From: Candidatus Poribacteria bacterium
GTDB taxonomy: Bacteria > Poribacteria > WGA-4E > PCPOR2b
NCBI GenBank assembly: GCA_965116925.1
Contig: OZ220744.1
Coordinates: 2,592,001 to 2,656,000 of the forward strand
Reading direction: 5' to 3'
DNA: 64,000 nucleotides
Part shown: one piece after another, positions 1 to 10,300 of the stretch
How the letters are laid out: every line of letters starts with the position of its first letter
How positions within the stretch are numbered: the stretch's first letter is position 1
Program-made: the position numbers and the translations under genes
The notes under the pieces: generated by a model
Database searches by the model: none
Told to the model about the DNA's origin: nothing
What the model saw: only the letters and a program-made list of their open reading frames with translations

Positions 1-264
1 GAGCGTAGACTCACCAATCATCCCGATAAGGACTGGAATCCCGTATGGTCCCCTGATAGTAAGCGCGTTGCCTTCGTGTCGAATAGAACTAGAATTTGGC
101 ACCCTGACATCTACGTAATGGACGCCGATGGCGGTAAGCTAGAAAACCTCACCGATCATCCCGATGATGACGAAGATCCTGCATGGATTGATCCTGCGTT
201 TGCAGTTTCTCCGGCAAGTAAGATATTCACGATATGGGGTTGGCTTAAACGGGTTGACCGATGA
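1..264 (+). CDS. 3' end of a TolB-like (PD40) beta-propeller protein, truncated by the window edge
   Basis: Frame 1 is open from base 1: ERRLTNHPDKDWNPVWSPDSKRVAFVSNR...IYVMDADGG...PAW...AVSPASKIFTIWGWLKRVDR*, with the same repeats and tail as the array. Confidence 0.9.
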   Translation, partial: ERRLTNHPDKDWNPVWSPDSKRVAFVSNRTRIWHPDIYVMDADGGKLENLTDHPDDDEDPAWIDPAFAVSPASKIFTIWGWLKRVDR

Positions 265-571
265 GGAATAATACGTAATGCGTGATACGTGATGATAAGC
301 AGAACGAAGATCCCCGTTCCCTACGAAATGTCTGTGTTGATGCAGGTTTGGGGGCGGGCAAGTTGAGCATAAGCGGAATCCCGATCTTATCGGGGCTGCC
401 CGATGCCGTTCCGAGAGTCTTCGACCTACGGATACTTGACGGGCGGGGCGACCCCGCCCCTACGAGTAAGCCCAGGATTTGGAGGAAGGGAACCGAGTTT
501 TGAACAAAAACTCGGTTTTTTTATGAGCGATGGTAGGTTGCGTTAAGATACCGGTTCAATGGTGTGGATTG

Positions 572-2179
572 CTAACCGGCCTGGTGACGTTCCACCGTGA
601 CTTGGCTCATGTTTTGAATCAGATCGATTAGGTCGGTAAGGTTATCGTCGAACTGGATTTCTAACGGGGAGAGTGAATAGTGAAAGTCGGGTGCCAATAG
701 GATCACCGCGAAATCCTCCTGTACGAGGGACAATATCTGCCGCCCAATTCTTCTTCTTGCCCCTAAGTCCCCTATACTGTTGAGTTGAGAGAGCATCTCG
801 TCAACTTGGGGATTGGAGTAGCCGAAAAAGTTATCTTCTCCGTCGGAATGGAAGAATCGTGATAGGTTATGGTATTCCAGACCAAAAACGGGTTGCGTTA
901 AAAAAGCGTCCGCCTCTTCCCGCATTTCTCCTTTGACAGAGATAGGATTCACGCCAGAAGAACCTATTGACTTGCCAATGAGGTGAACCAAATCGCGAAA
1001 AACGCTGCCCGAGCTGTAGATCCGAATGTCAAGAGGAGGATGAGGAAGTGGTGAAAGGTTTTCTTCCTCAGCAACCTGGCCCATGCGCAGATAGAGGTTA
1101 ATAGCCCGGTAATCGATCGCTTCTTTAAGTATCCTACAGTTCCTTTCATCCGATAGGGGTCTGTGATGCCGGTTGAGGAATAGGGCGTAGTAGCTATCTC
1201 CAAAAAAGGGCCACTGCTGCCAAGGCACCGTCGTTGGGAATTGGTAGAGGGACTGCATTGAATGGAGATGGATAGCAAGCAGATCCAGTGTGCCGTTCTC
1301 AACCGCCTTAACCGCATTGGCGGGGTGTGCGAAACGCCGCAAGGTTAACCCGTCAATGCTGCTGTCCCCTCCACGGTAGTAATCCGGATTCTGCTCAAAG
1401 CGAAAGGTCATGGCATCCGGGCGAAAATACTTCACTCGATAGGGGCCGGAGATCACACGGTAGGGTCGGGACGAATGGGAGGGGCGTGGGCAGACACCGC
1501 GCAGATGGAATGGGAATAACGGTTCTTCTTGAGAAAGTTGGACCCGAAGTTGGGTTTTGCCATCCGGTCTAATCTCTTCAATAACCGGTGCGATGCGGCT
1601 CTCAGAAAACGCTGCGATAACCTCTTCGAGGGTGATCGGCTTTCCATTGCTCCAACGGAGATCCTTTCTCAACATCACCTGCCACTGAGAGTTTCCTTTT
1701 ACCGCCTCGCAACCGGTTGCAAGGCGCCCTTCGATTTCTCCGTTTCGGCGGGACATCAGGAGGGGATCATAGCATAAGTGGTGCATCCAGTAACTCAGGA
1801 TCGGATCCGGACGCTCTGAGGATCCCATTTCGACGGCGGAGCTCAACTCCCCGATTTCAAGCCAGCTCAAAGGCACCTGCTCATCGGGCTGCTTGATGCG
1901 AAGGGTTCCGGTGTAGGAAATCCCAATATGTTCTTGAAGTTGTTGGGCGATCTCTTTGTGATCGGGGTCACGTCGGTTCAGCAGTGATAGCAGAAGTTGG
2001 ATCTGCTCCGGTTGCAGGACTGGTTCAGCCAACTGGTGTTTTAGAAGGTTCACCTCTTTTTCGCACCGCCTGACATGTCGCGAAGAAAGTCCAATCCCTT
2101 GGGCGATCTCTTCGTAGCCTGCGTGGGGGTGTTGCTGTTGATAAGCAATCAATTTGAGGAGCGTATCGACTTTGGGCAT
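572..2179 (-). CDS. SgrR-like regulator: N-terminal HTH fused to a family-5 solute-binding domain
   Basis: HTH-like YEEIAQGIGLSSRHVRRC; SBP5 motifs LRKDLRWSNGKPITLEEV, SGPYRV, NPDYY, NFFGYSNPQVDEML; no signal peptide; ATG at 2179 preferred over TTG at 2194. Confidence 0.75.
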   Translation of the reverse strand: MPKVDTLLKLIAYQQQHPHAGYEEIAQGIGLSSRHVRRCEKEVNLLKHQLAEPVLQPEQIQLLLSLLNRRDPDHKEIAQQLQEHIGISYTGTLRIKQPDEQVPLSWLEIGELSSAVEMGSSERPDPILSYWMHHLCYDPLLMSRRNGEIEGRLATGCEAVKGNSQWQVMLRKDLRWSNGKPITLEEVIAAFSESRIAPVIEEIRPDGKTQLRVQLSQEEPLFPFHLRGVCPRPSHSSRPYRVISGPYRVKYFRPDAMTFRFEQNPDYYRGGDSSIDGLTLRRFAHPANAVKAVENGTLDLLAIHLHSMQSLYQFPTTVPWQQWPFFGDSYYALFLNRHHRPLSDERNCRILKEAIDYRAINLYLRMGQVAEEENLSPLPHPPLDIRIYSSGSVFRDLVHLIGKSIGSSGVNPISVKGEMREEADAFLTQPVFGLEYHNLSRFFHSDGEDNFFGYSNPQVDEMLSQLNSIGDLGARRRIGRQILSLVQEDFAVILLAPDFHYSLSPLEIQFDDNLTDLIDLIQNMSQVTVERHQAG

Positions 2180-2268
2180 TTGTGCACCTGCCAATTCAGA
2201 TCCATCTTTGAAAGCGGAATCCCTAAAGATAACCTAAGTTGCTAGGTTCTGTTGACATTTAACGATCC

Positions 2269-2369
2269 GTAGGTTGGGTTGAACGGTTAAACGGCAATCC
2301 CTATCAAGTACAGTAAAGGCTCAGTTGTCCAACAACACCCGCTTATGGACAGATAGAGTGAAACCCAAC
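2269..2369 (+). repeat. 101-nt GTAG-headed element (long form of the GTAGGTTGGGTTGA...GAAACCCAAC repeat)
   Basis: Same ends and length as copies at 55268-55368 and 63024-63124. Confidence 0.8.
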
Positions 2370-2446
2370 TCCGTAACAATATACAGTATAAACCGCCTTG
2401 CCTTCAATTTGCAACCAGTTTTTTAATGATATATGGTAGATTTTTG

Positions 2447-2477
2447 AAGGGTTTGGACATATTAAGTCCAAACCCTT
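2447..2477. promoter_or_regulatory. Perfect 12-bp inverted repeat, candidate operator
   Basis: AAGGGTTTGGAC-ATATTAA-GTCCAAACCCTT between the divergent regulator and the array. Confidence 0.45.
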
Positions 2478-2566
2478 AAAAGTGACTGGATTTTTTATGT
2501 TGTGAGTTGGTATTCTTATTATTACAATTGGGAGTAAGATGATTGATACACGGGATTATGACTATT

Positions 2567-2698
2567 GGCTCATGTAAAAAGAAAGTGCAAAACACGAAGC
2601 GAAATCGTAGGGGCGGGGAAACCCCGCCCGCCGTAAGGGTTGGGGGACCCAACCCCTACGAATATTCGGTTTCTTTGCATTAAATCTTAACATGAGCG
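2567..2698. mobile_element. MITE family A (GGCTCATG...CATGAGC ends) with REP cargo
   Basis: Terminal inverted repeats; 9-bp direct repeat ATGACTATT at 2558-2566 and 2699-2707. Confidence 0.8.
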
Positions 2699-2856
2699 AT
2701 GACTATTTAATCCGAGTTGCTACTTTACTTGAGAACTTCTAGTAGGAATTTGTGTCTATATTATAACTATAATTGTAAAGGGGTTGCCAACACTAGCGGA
2801 CCTCTATCAACTCCAAAGGATAAGAGATCGATTTGAGAACATAGGAGGAAAGGCAG

Positions 2857-3828
2857 ATGCACCGAGGGAGCAATTTCACACCTTTGATTTTAGCTGGCGT
2901 TGTGGTCTTGGGTCTGACGCTGTTGGTGGTATGCGTTGACGCACAGGCACAGATTGCCTTCATGTCTGATAGGGATTGGGATGTTCTACAATTTGAGATC
3001 TACGTGATGGATACCGATGGCGGTAATCTGCGAAACCTGACTAATACCCCTGGTGATGACGAGTATCCCTCATGGTCTCCTGACGGCGAACAGATTGTCT
3101 TTACGGCTGATAGGAGTGGTAAGGATTGGAACCGGCAAATCTACGTGATGGACGCCGACGGGGCGAATCAACGAAACCTATCTGACAATGACTTTGATGA
3201 CTGGGACCCCGCATGGTCACCCGATGGCAAACGGATTGCCTTCGTATCTAGTAGGGATGGGGGCAGTGAAATCTACGTGATGAACGCTGATGGTAGCAAA
3301 CCCAGAAACCTCACCAATAATGGTGCTCCTGACTATGGGCCGTCCTGGTCCCCGGACGGTAGGCGCATTGTCTTTTATGCTTGGGGGGCTGGGAACATGG
3401 AAATCTACGTGATGAACGCCAATGGGGGCAACCCCAAAAACCTCACCAATAATGCAAGGTCTGATAGGAACCCCTCATGGTCTCCTGATGGTGAGCACAT
3501 TGCCTTTGAGTCATGGAGGGATAAGAACGGTGAAATTTATGTGATGGACGCCGATGGGGGTAATCCGCGTAATCTCACCAATCATCCCTTTAAGGATACG
3601 GAGCCCTCATGGTCCCCTGACGGGAGGCGGATTGTCTTCGTGTCTGATAGAGAGGCGGATGGGAACCCCGATATTTTTGTGATGAACGCCGATGGGAGTA
3701 ACCCTAAAAATCTCACCAACCATCCCGAGGATGACCTTACGCCTGCATGGTTTGGTTCGGCTTTTTCGGTTGCTCCCGCCGGTAAGACCCTCACACTATG
3801 GGGACGGGTCAAACAGGCAGACCGCTAA
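2857..3828 (+). CDS. Secreted six-bladed TolB-like/PD40 propeller, array gene 1
   Basis: SD AGGAGG; signal peptide ending AQA; 5x PxWSPDG plus terminal PAW; tail [16 protein letters not shown]. Confidence 0.92.
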   Translation: MHRGSNFTPLILAGVVVLGLTLLVVCVDAQAQIAFMSDRDWDVLQFEIYVMDTDGGNLRNLTNTPGDDEYPSWSPDGEQIVFTADRSGKDWNRQIYVMDADGANQRNLSDNDFDDWDPAWSPDGKRIAFVSSRDGGSEIYVMNADGSKPRNLTNNGAPDYGPSWSPDGRRIVFYAWGAGNMEIYVMNANGGNPKNLTNNARSDRNPSWSPDGEHIAFESWRDKNGEIYVMDADGGNPRNLTNHPFKDTEPSWSPDGRRIVFVSDREADGNPDIFVMNADGSNPKNLTNHPEDDLTPAWFGSAFSVAPAGKTLTLWGRVKQADR

Positions 3829-3895
3829 CTACCACTGTTGAGAGAACCGTGTTTAAGGATAAAAAACCGATTTGAAACGATAGGAGGTATAGCAA

Positions 3896-4906
3896 ATGCA
3901 TCGAAGACATAGTCTCGCACCTTTGATTTTAGCTAGCGTTGTGGCATTAAGTCTGGCACCGATGATGGTAGCCATTGATGCACAGGCACAGATTGCCTTC
4001 TCGTCTGATAGGGATGGAGACAATGAAATCTACGTTATGGACCCTGATGGGGGCAATCTACGAAAACTCACCAATAATTCCGATGGCGATCGGGATCCCG
4101 TATGGTCGCCCGACGGCAAACGGATAGCCTTCAAGTCCGATAGGGACGGGCACGTTGACAGACACGGTCGGCCCACTCATGACATCTACGTGATGGACGC
4201 CGATGGAAGCAATCAGCAGAACCTGACTAACAATCCCGCTGATGACTGGGATCCTTCATGGTCGCCGGACGGTAAACGGATTGTTTTTACCTCTTGGAGG
4301 GATGGTCCCTTTAACATTGAAGTCTACGTGATGGATGCTGATGGAAGCAATCTTCAAAACCTGACTAACAATCCTCGTGATGACCGGAATCCCTTTTGGT
4401 CACCCTACGGTGCACACATTGTCTTCAGTGCGCGGAGGAAAGGGCACTTTGAAAACAAGTTTTCAATCACCCATGAAGTCTACGTGATGGATGCCGATGG
4501 GGGAAATCAACGAAGACTCACTGAAAATCGGAGTAATGACTGGGATCCCTCATGGTCTCCTGACGGCAAACGGATCGCCTTCATGGCTGATAGGAAGGGT
4601 AACCTTGAAAAATTTAACATTTACGTGATGGATGCCGATGGTGGTAATCTTCAAAATCTCACCAATCATCGCGCTTGGGATGGGGCTCCATCATGGTCCC
4701 CCGACGCTCAACGGATTGTCTTCCATTCTGAACGAGATGGGAACTATGAAATCTATGTGATGGATGCCGATGGTGGTAATCTTCAAAATCTCACCAATCA
4801 TCCGCGTAGTGACTCTAGTCCTGCATGGTATACTCCTCCCTTTGCAGTTGCTCCCGCAGGCAAACAGTTTACAATGTGGGGTTGGCTCAAACAGGTTGAC
4901 CGATAA
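3896..4906 (+). CDS. Secreted TolB-like/PD40 propeller, array gene 2
   Basis: Same architecture; tail AVAPAGKQFTMWGWLK. Confidence 0.92.
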   Translation: MHRRHSLAPLILASVVALSLAPMMVAIDAQAQIAFSSDRDGDNEIYVMDPDGGNLRKLTNNSDGDRDPVWSPDGKRIAFKSDRDGHVDRHGRPTHDIYVMDADGSNQQNLTNNPADDWDPSWSPDGKRIVFTSWRDGPFNIEVYVMDADGSNLQNLTNNPRDDRNPFWSPYGAHIVFSARRKGHFENKFSITHEVYVMDADGGNQRRLTENRSNDWDPSWSPDGKRIAFMADRKGNLEKFNIYVMDADGGNLQNLTNHRAWDGAPSWSPDAQRIVFHSERDGNYEIYVMDADGGNLQNLTNHPRSDSSPAWYTPPFAVAPAGKQFTMWGWLKQVDR

Positions 4907-4973
4907 CTGCCACTGTTGAAAGAATGGTGTTTAAGAATAAACAACCGCTTTGAAAACATAGGAGGAAAGGCAG

Positions 4974-5969
4974 ATGCAACGGAGATACAGTCTCGTACAG
5001 TTGATTTTAGCAATCGTAGCAGTCTTGGGGCTAATGCCGCTGATGGTAGGTGCCGATCCAGAGCCACAGATTGCTTTCACGTCTGAGAGAGATGGGCACC
5101 GGCAAATCTACGTGATGGACATTGACGGAAAGAATCAGCGAAGACTCACCAAAAATCTCTTTGATGAATGGGATCCTTCATGGTCACCGGATGGTGAACG
5201 CATTGCTTTTGCTTCTAGTGAAGACCGGCACACTGTGGTTGGGAGCCGTCACATCTACGTGATAGATGCCCATGGCGGAATTGCGCAAAGACTCTCCAAG
5301 AATCGCTTTTCTGAATGGCATCCTGTATGGTCTCCTGACGGTAAATGGATTGCCTTTACTACTAGTCGGGTTGAGGACGTTGCGGGTGGTCACTGGCAGA
5401 TCTATGTGATGGATGCGAACGGGCAGAATCCGCGCAGACTCTCTAACGATGGTGTGGATGATCAGCGTCCCTCTTGGTCACCGGATGGCAAACGGATTGC
5501 CTTTACTTCTAGTAGGGATGGTCAGTTGGAAGTCTATGTGATGGACGCGGATGGGAAGAATCAACAAAGACTCACCAACAGTCCTGACGTTCATATTCAT
5601 AATTTGCATCCTGCATGGTCGCCGGACGGTGAACACATTGCCTTTACTGCTGACTGGCAAATCCATGTGATGGATGCCGATGGTGGTAATCCGCGAAACC
5701 TCACCAATAATCGCGGTTCGCACTCGCATCCGTCATGGTTGCCGGACGGAGAACGAATTGTCTTTGCGTCTAAAAAGGATGATAATATGGAAATCTACCT
5801 GATGGATGCCGATGGGAAGAATCAACAAAGACTCACCGATAATCGCCATGATGATGTGGATCCTGCATGGTTTGACCCTGCTTTTGCGGTTGAAGTTGCT
5901 CCTTTTGCGGTTGCTCCGGTAGATAAAAGACTCACGATATGGGGTTGGCTCAAACAGGTTGACCGCTAA
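4974..5969 (+). CDS. Secreted TolB-like/PD40 propeller, array gene 3
   Basis: Same architecture; tail AVAPVDKRLTIWGWLK. Confidence 0.92.
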   Translation: MQRRYSLVQLILAIVAVLGLMPLMVGADPEPQIAFTSERDGHRQIYVMDIDGKNQRRLTKNLFDEWDPSWSPDGERIAFASSEDRHTVVGSRHIYVIDAHGGIAQRLSKNRFSEWHPVWSPDGKWIAFTTSRVEDVAGGHWQIYVMDANGQNPRRLSNDGVDDQRPSWSPDGKRIAFTSSRDGQLEVYVMDADGKNQQRLTNSPDVHIHNLHPAWSPDGEHIAFTADWQIHVMDADGGNPRNLTNNRGSHSHPSWLPDGERIVFASKKDDNMEIYLMDADGKNQQRLTDNRHDDVDPAWFDPAFAVEVAPFAVAPVDKRLTIWGWLKQVDR

Positions 5970-6032
5970 CTGCCATTGTTGAGAGAATGGTGTTTAGGAA
6001 AAAACGATTTGACTACAAAGGAGGAAAGACAG

Positions 6033-7007
6033 ATGCGACGAAGGGACAATTTCACACACTTGATTTTAGCGATCGTAGTAGTCTTGGGTCTAATGCCGCT
6101 GCTGGTATGTGTTGACGCACAGGCACGGATTGCCTTTGAGTCTGATAGGGATTGGGACGTTCTAAAGTTTGAAATCTATGTGATGGACACCGATGGTGGT
6201 AATCAGCGAAACCTCACTAACAATCCTGGTGATGATAGGGACCCCTCATGGTTGCCGGACGGCCAACGAATTGCCTTCTCGTCTGATAGGAATGATATGG
6301 GTGGGAACCGGCAAATCTACGTGATGGACACCGATGGTGGTAATCAGCGAAATCTTTCTAACAATGACTTTGATGACTGGGATCCCGCATGGTCTCCTGA
6401 CGGTCAACGGATAGCCTTTGTGTCTAATAGGAAGGGAGCTCGTGAAATCTACGTGATGGACGCCGATGGGGGCAACCCTGAAAATCTCTCTAACAATCCC
6501 TTTCCTGACTATTCACCCTCATGGTCTCCTGACGGTAAACGGATTGTCTTTGTTTCCGTTAGGGGTGGGAAACCAGACATCTACGTGATGGACGACGATG
6601 GGGGCAAGCCTAAAAACCTCTCCAATAATGATCGTACTGACGAAGATCCCTCATGGTCTCCTGACGGTAAACGCATTGCTTTTACTTCCTTGAGGAATAT
6701 GGGAAACCGGGACATCTATGTGATGGACGCGGATGGAGGTAATCAGCAAAACCTCACCAATCATCCCGATAAGGACTTCCACCCCTCATGGTCACCCGAT
6801 GGTAAAAGCATTGCCTTCGTGTCGAATAGGAATAGGGATTTGAATCGGGACATCTATGTGATGGACGGCGATGGGGGTAATCTACGAAACCTCACCAATC
6901 ACCCTGATGATGACGAAGTTCCTGCATGGCTTAACGCTGTTCTTTCAGTTTCTCCCACCGGCAAAAAGTTTACAATGTGGGGGCGACTCAAACAGGGCGA
7001 CCGATAG
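6033..7007 (+). CDS. Secreted TolB-like/PD40 propeller, array gene 4
   Basis: Start moved to ATG 6033 after SD AGGAGG (MRRRDNF...); tail SVSPTGKKFTMWGRLK. Confidence 0.92.
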   Translation: MRRRDNFTHLILAIVVVLGLMPLLVCVDAQARIAFESDRDWDVLKFEIYVMDTDGGNQRNLTNNPGDDRDPSWLPDGQRIAFSSDRNDMGGNRQIYVMDTDGGNQRNLSNNDFDDWDPAWSPDGQRIAFVSNRKGAREIYVMDADGGNPENLSNNPFPDYSPSWSPDGKRIVFVSVRGGKPDIYVMDDDGGKPKNLSNNDRTDEDPSWSPDGKRIAFTSLRNMGNRDIYVMDADGGNQQNLTNHPDKDFHPSWSPDGKSIAFVSNRNRDLNRDIYVMDGDGGNLRNLTNHPDDDEVPAWLNAVLSVSPTGKKFTMWGRLKQGDR

Positions 7008-7073
7008 CTGTCATTATTGAGAGAACAGTGGTTAAGAATAAAAACCACTTTGAAAACAGGGGAGGAAAGACAG

Positions 7074-8090
7074 ATGCAACGAAGGGGCAAACTCAAATAT
7101 ATGATTTTAGCGAGCGTTGTTGTGTTAGGTCTAGTGCTGCTGATGGTAAACGTTGATGCACAGGCACGGATTGCCTTTGTGTCTACTAGGGATGGGAACG
7201 CTGAAATCTACGTGATGGACGACGATGGGGGTAATCAACAAAGGCTCACCAATAATCGCCATGGTGACGCTTCACCCTCATGGTCTCCAGACGGTAAACG
7301 GATTGCCTTCATTTCCGATAGGGATGGGCACGTTAATATACGCGATTCTCCTAATTATGAAATTTACGTGATGGATGCCGATGGACGAAATCAGCAAAAC
7401 CTCACTAACGATCCCCATAATGATAGGTCTCCCTCGTGGTCCCCCGACGGAAAACGCATCGTATTTTCGTCTGATAGGGATAATAATAGGGATCATAACA
7501 TTGAAATCTACGTGATGGACGCCGATGGAAGCAATCAGGAAAGACTCACTAACAATCTCACAGAGGACCAGTATCCCTCGTGGTCTCCCGACGGTAAACG
7601 GATTGCCTTCAGTGCCCGCAGGGATGGGCACTTTGAAAACGACTTTGGGATCACTTATGAAATTTACGTGATGGACACCGATGGGAAGAACGAACAAAGA
7701 CTCACTGAAAATCGCAATAATGACTGGAATCCCTCATGGTCACCTGATGGTAAACGAATTGCCTTCATGTCTGATAGGAAGGGAGACGTTGTAAACTGGG
7801 ACATCTACGTGATTGACGTCGATGGGGGGAATCCTCAAAACCTCACTGAAAATCGCGTTTATGAATCTTCACCCTCATGGTCTCCCGATGGCAAACGGAT
7901 TGCCTTCATGTCTTACAGGGATGAGAACGCTGAAATTTACGTTATGGACGCCGATGGTGGAAATCAGCAGAACCTCACCAATAATCGCCATGATGACTTT
8001 AGTCCTGCATGGTTGAACTCTCCTTTTGCAGTTACTCCCGCAGGCAAACAGTTTACAATGTGGGGTTGGCTTAAACAGGTTGACCGATAA
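7074..8090 (+). CDS. Secreted TolB-like/PD40 propeller, array gene 5
   Basis: Start ATG 7074 after GGAGG; tail AVTPAGKQFTMWGWLK. Confidence 0.92.
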   Translation: MQRRGKLKYMILASVVVLGLVLLMVNVDAQARIAFVSTRDGNAEIYVMDDDGGNQQRLTNNRHGDASPSWSPDGKRIAFISDRDGHVNIRDSPNYEIYVMDADGRNQQNLTNDPHNDRSPSWSPDGKRIVFSSDRDNNRDHNIEIYVMDADGSNQERLTNNLTEDQYPSWSPDGKRIAFSARRDGHFENDFGITYEIYVMDTDGKNEQRLTENRNNDWNPSWSPDGKRIAFMSDRKGDVVNWDIYVIDVDGGNPQNLTENRVYESSPSWSPDGKRIAFMSYRDENAEIYVMDADGGNQQNLTNNRHDDFSPAWLNSPFAVTPAGKQFTMWGWLKQVDR

Positions 8091-8160
8091 CTGCCATTGT
8101 TAGGAGAACGGTATTTAAGAATAAAAAACCGATTTAAGACCAGAAGAAGAGGAATAGCAG

Positions 8161-9150
8161 ATGCAATGGAGAACCAATCTGACACATTTGATTTTAGCTA
8201 GCGTTGTCGTGCTAGGGCTAACGCTGCTGATGGTAGCCGTTGACGCACAGGCGCAGATTGCCTTCATGTCTCATAGAGGTGGGAACTGGGACATCTACGT
8301 GATGGACGCCGATGGGGGTAATCAGCGAAATCTCACTAACAATCCTGATGATGATCAGTACCCCTCCTGGTCTCCTGACGGCAAACGGCTTGCCTTCGTG
8401 TTTGATAGGAAAGATAGGGATTGGAACCGGCAAATCTACGTGATGGACGCCGATGGTGATAATCAGCGAAACCTTTCTAACAATGACTCTGATGAATGGG
8501 GACCCTCCTGGTCTCCTGACGGCAAACGGCTTGCATTTGCGTCTTATAGAGAGGCGGAGTGGCCAAACTATGACATCTACGTGATGGATACCGATGGTGG
8601 TGATCCGCGTAAACTCACCAAGAATCGCCAGATTGATAAATCCCCCTCCTGGTCTCCTGACGGTAAACGGATTGCCTTCGTGTCTAATAGGGATGGAAAC
8701 TTTGAAATCTACGTGATGGATGCCAATGGGCGTAATCAGCGAAACCTCACCAATGATCGCCATAATGACCTTTCACCTTCATGGTCTCCCGACGGTAAAC
8801 GGATTGCATTCACATCTGATAGGGATTGGCTCCTTGACAAAGACGGTTTTCCCACTTATGAAATCTATGTGATGGATGCCGATGGGAGGAATCAACAAAG
8901 ACTCACTGAAAATGGCGTTTATGACTGGGAACCCTCCTGGTCTCCTGACGGTAAATGGCTTGCCTTCGGGTCTGATAGGAATGGGAACGCTGAAATCTAC
9001 GTGATGGATGCCGATGGGGAGAATCCTCAAAACCTCACCAATAATCGCCATGGTGACTATGGTCCTGCATGGTTTAACTCCCCTTTTTCGGTTGCTCCCG
9101 CAGGCAAAAAGTTTACAATATGGGGACGGCTTAAACAGGTTGAACGCTAA
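8161..9150 (+). CDS. Secreted TolB-like/PD40 propeller, array gene 6
   Basis: Same architecture; tail SVAPAGKKFTIWGRLK. Confidence 0.92.
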   Translation: MQWRTNLTHLILASVVVLGLTLLMVAVDAQAQIAFMSHRGGNWDIYVMDADGGNQRNLTNNPDDDQYPSWSPDGKRLAFVFDRKDRDWNRQIYVMDADGDNQRNLSNNDSDEWGPSWSPDGKRLAFASYREAEWPNYDIYVMDTDGGDPRKLTKNRQIDKSPSWSPDGKRIAFVSNRDGNFEIYVMDANGRNQRNLTNDRHNDLSPSWSPDGKRIAFTSDRDWLLDKDGFPTYEIYVMDADGRNQQRLTENGVYDWEPSWSPDGKWLAFGSDRNGNAEIYVMDADGENPQNLTNNRHGDYGPAWFNSPFSVAPAGKKFTIWGRLKQVER

Positions 9151-9215
9151 TTGCCACTGTTGAGAGAACGGTGTTTGGGAAAAAAAACGATTTGACTACA
9201 AAGGAGGAAAGACAG

Positions 9216-10235
9216 ATGCACCGAAAAGACAGGATCGCCCATTTGATTTTAGCCAGCGTTATAGTTTTGGGTCTAATGCCGCTGATGGTATGCGTTGATG
9301 CACAGGCACGGATTGCTTTCATGTCCCATCGGGATGGGAACCCTGAAATCTATGTGATGGAGACCGATGGAGGGAATTTGCGTAGACTCACCAATAATTC
9401 CGATAAGGACTTGTCTCCCTCATGGTCACCGGACGGCAAACGGATTGCCTTCATATCTAATAGGGATGGGCATGTCCACGCTAGACACGGTTGGTCCACT
9501 TATGAAATCTATGTGATGAATGCCGATGGGAGCAATTCTCGAAACGTCACTAACAATCCCTTTAGTGACAGGTCTCCGTCATGGTCTCCTGACGGTCAAC
9601 GTATTGTCTTCACGTCTGCTAGAGATGAGGCTAATCCTCAGAACTCTGAGATCTACGTGATGGATGCCGATGGGAACAACCTTCAAAGGCTCACTGAGAA
9701 TGTCGGTGATGACAGGGATCCGTCGTGGTCTCCCGACGGTCAACGGATTGTCTTCAGTGCCGGTAGGGACGAGCACGTTGAAAACAAGTTTGGCATCACT
9801 GATGAAATCTACGTGATGGATGCCGATGGGGGGAATGAACAAAGACTCACTGAAAATCGGAATAATGACTGGGATCCGTCATGGTCACCGGACGGTCAAC
9901 GGATTGCCTTCGCGTCTGATAGAAAGGGGGACTTGGTAAGTTTTGATATCTACGTGATGGATGCCGATGGTGGGAATCAGCAAAAACTCCTCAATAATCG
10001 AGGTTGGGACAGTTCTCCCTCATGGTCTCCGAATGGTGAACGGATTGCGTTCACGTCTGAGAGGGATGGAAACTATGAAATCTACGTGGTGGATGCCGAT
10101 GGGGGGAATCAGCAAAACCTCACCAATAATCGCCATGGGGATGCCAATCCTGCATGGCTGAACTCTCCTTTTTCGGTTTCTCCCGCGGATAAGATATTCA
10201 CGAGGTGGGGTTGGCTCAAACAGGGTGGTCAATAA
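9216..10235 (+). CDS. Secreted TolB-like/PD40 propeller, array gene 7
   Basis: Start ATG 9216 after AGGAGG; tail SVSPADKIFTRWGWLK. Confidence 0.92.
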   Translation: MHRKDRIAHLILASVIVLGLMPLMVCVDAQARIAFMSHRDGNPEIYVMETDGGNLRRLTNNSDKDLSPSWSPDGKRIAFISNRDGHVHARHGWSTYEIYVMNADGSNSRNVTNNPFSDRSPSWSPDGQRIVFTSARDEANPQNSEIYVMDADGNNLQRLTENVGDDRDPSWSPDGQRIVFSAGRDEHVENKFGITDEIYVMDADGGNEQRLTENRNNDWDPSWSPDGQRIAFASDRKGDLVSFDIYVMDADGGNQQKLLNNRGWDSSPSWSPNGERIAFTSERDGNYEIYVVDADGGNQQNLTNNRHGDANPAWLNSPFSVSPADKIFTRWGWLKQGGQ

Positions 10236-10300
10236 CTGCTATTATTGAGGTAAGGGTGTTTGAGGAAAAAATCGGTTTGAAAATAGAGGAGTAAAGACAG

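Noticed and set aside
282..503. 73-aa ORF and similar short ORFs at 16921, 22248, 59459, 62070, 62770, 63065
   Set aside because: Built from REP/MITE sequence with no protein motifs
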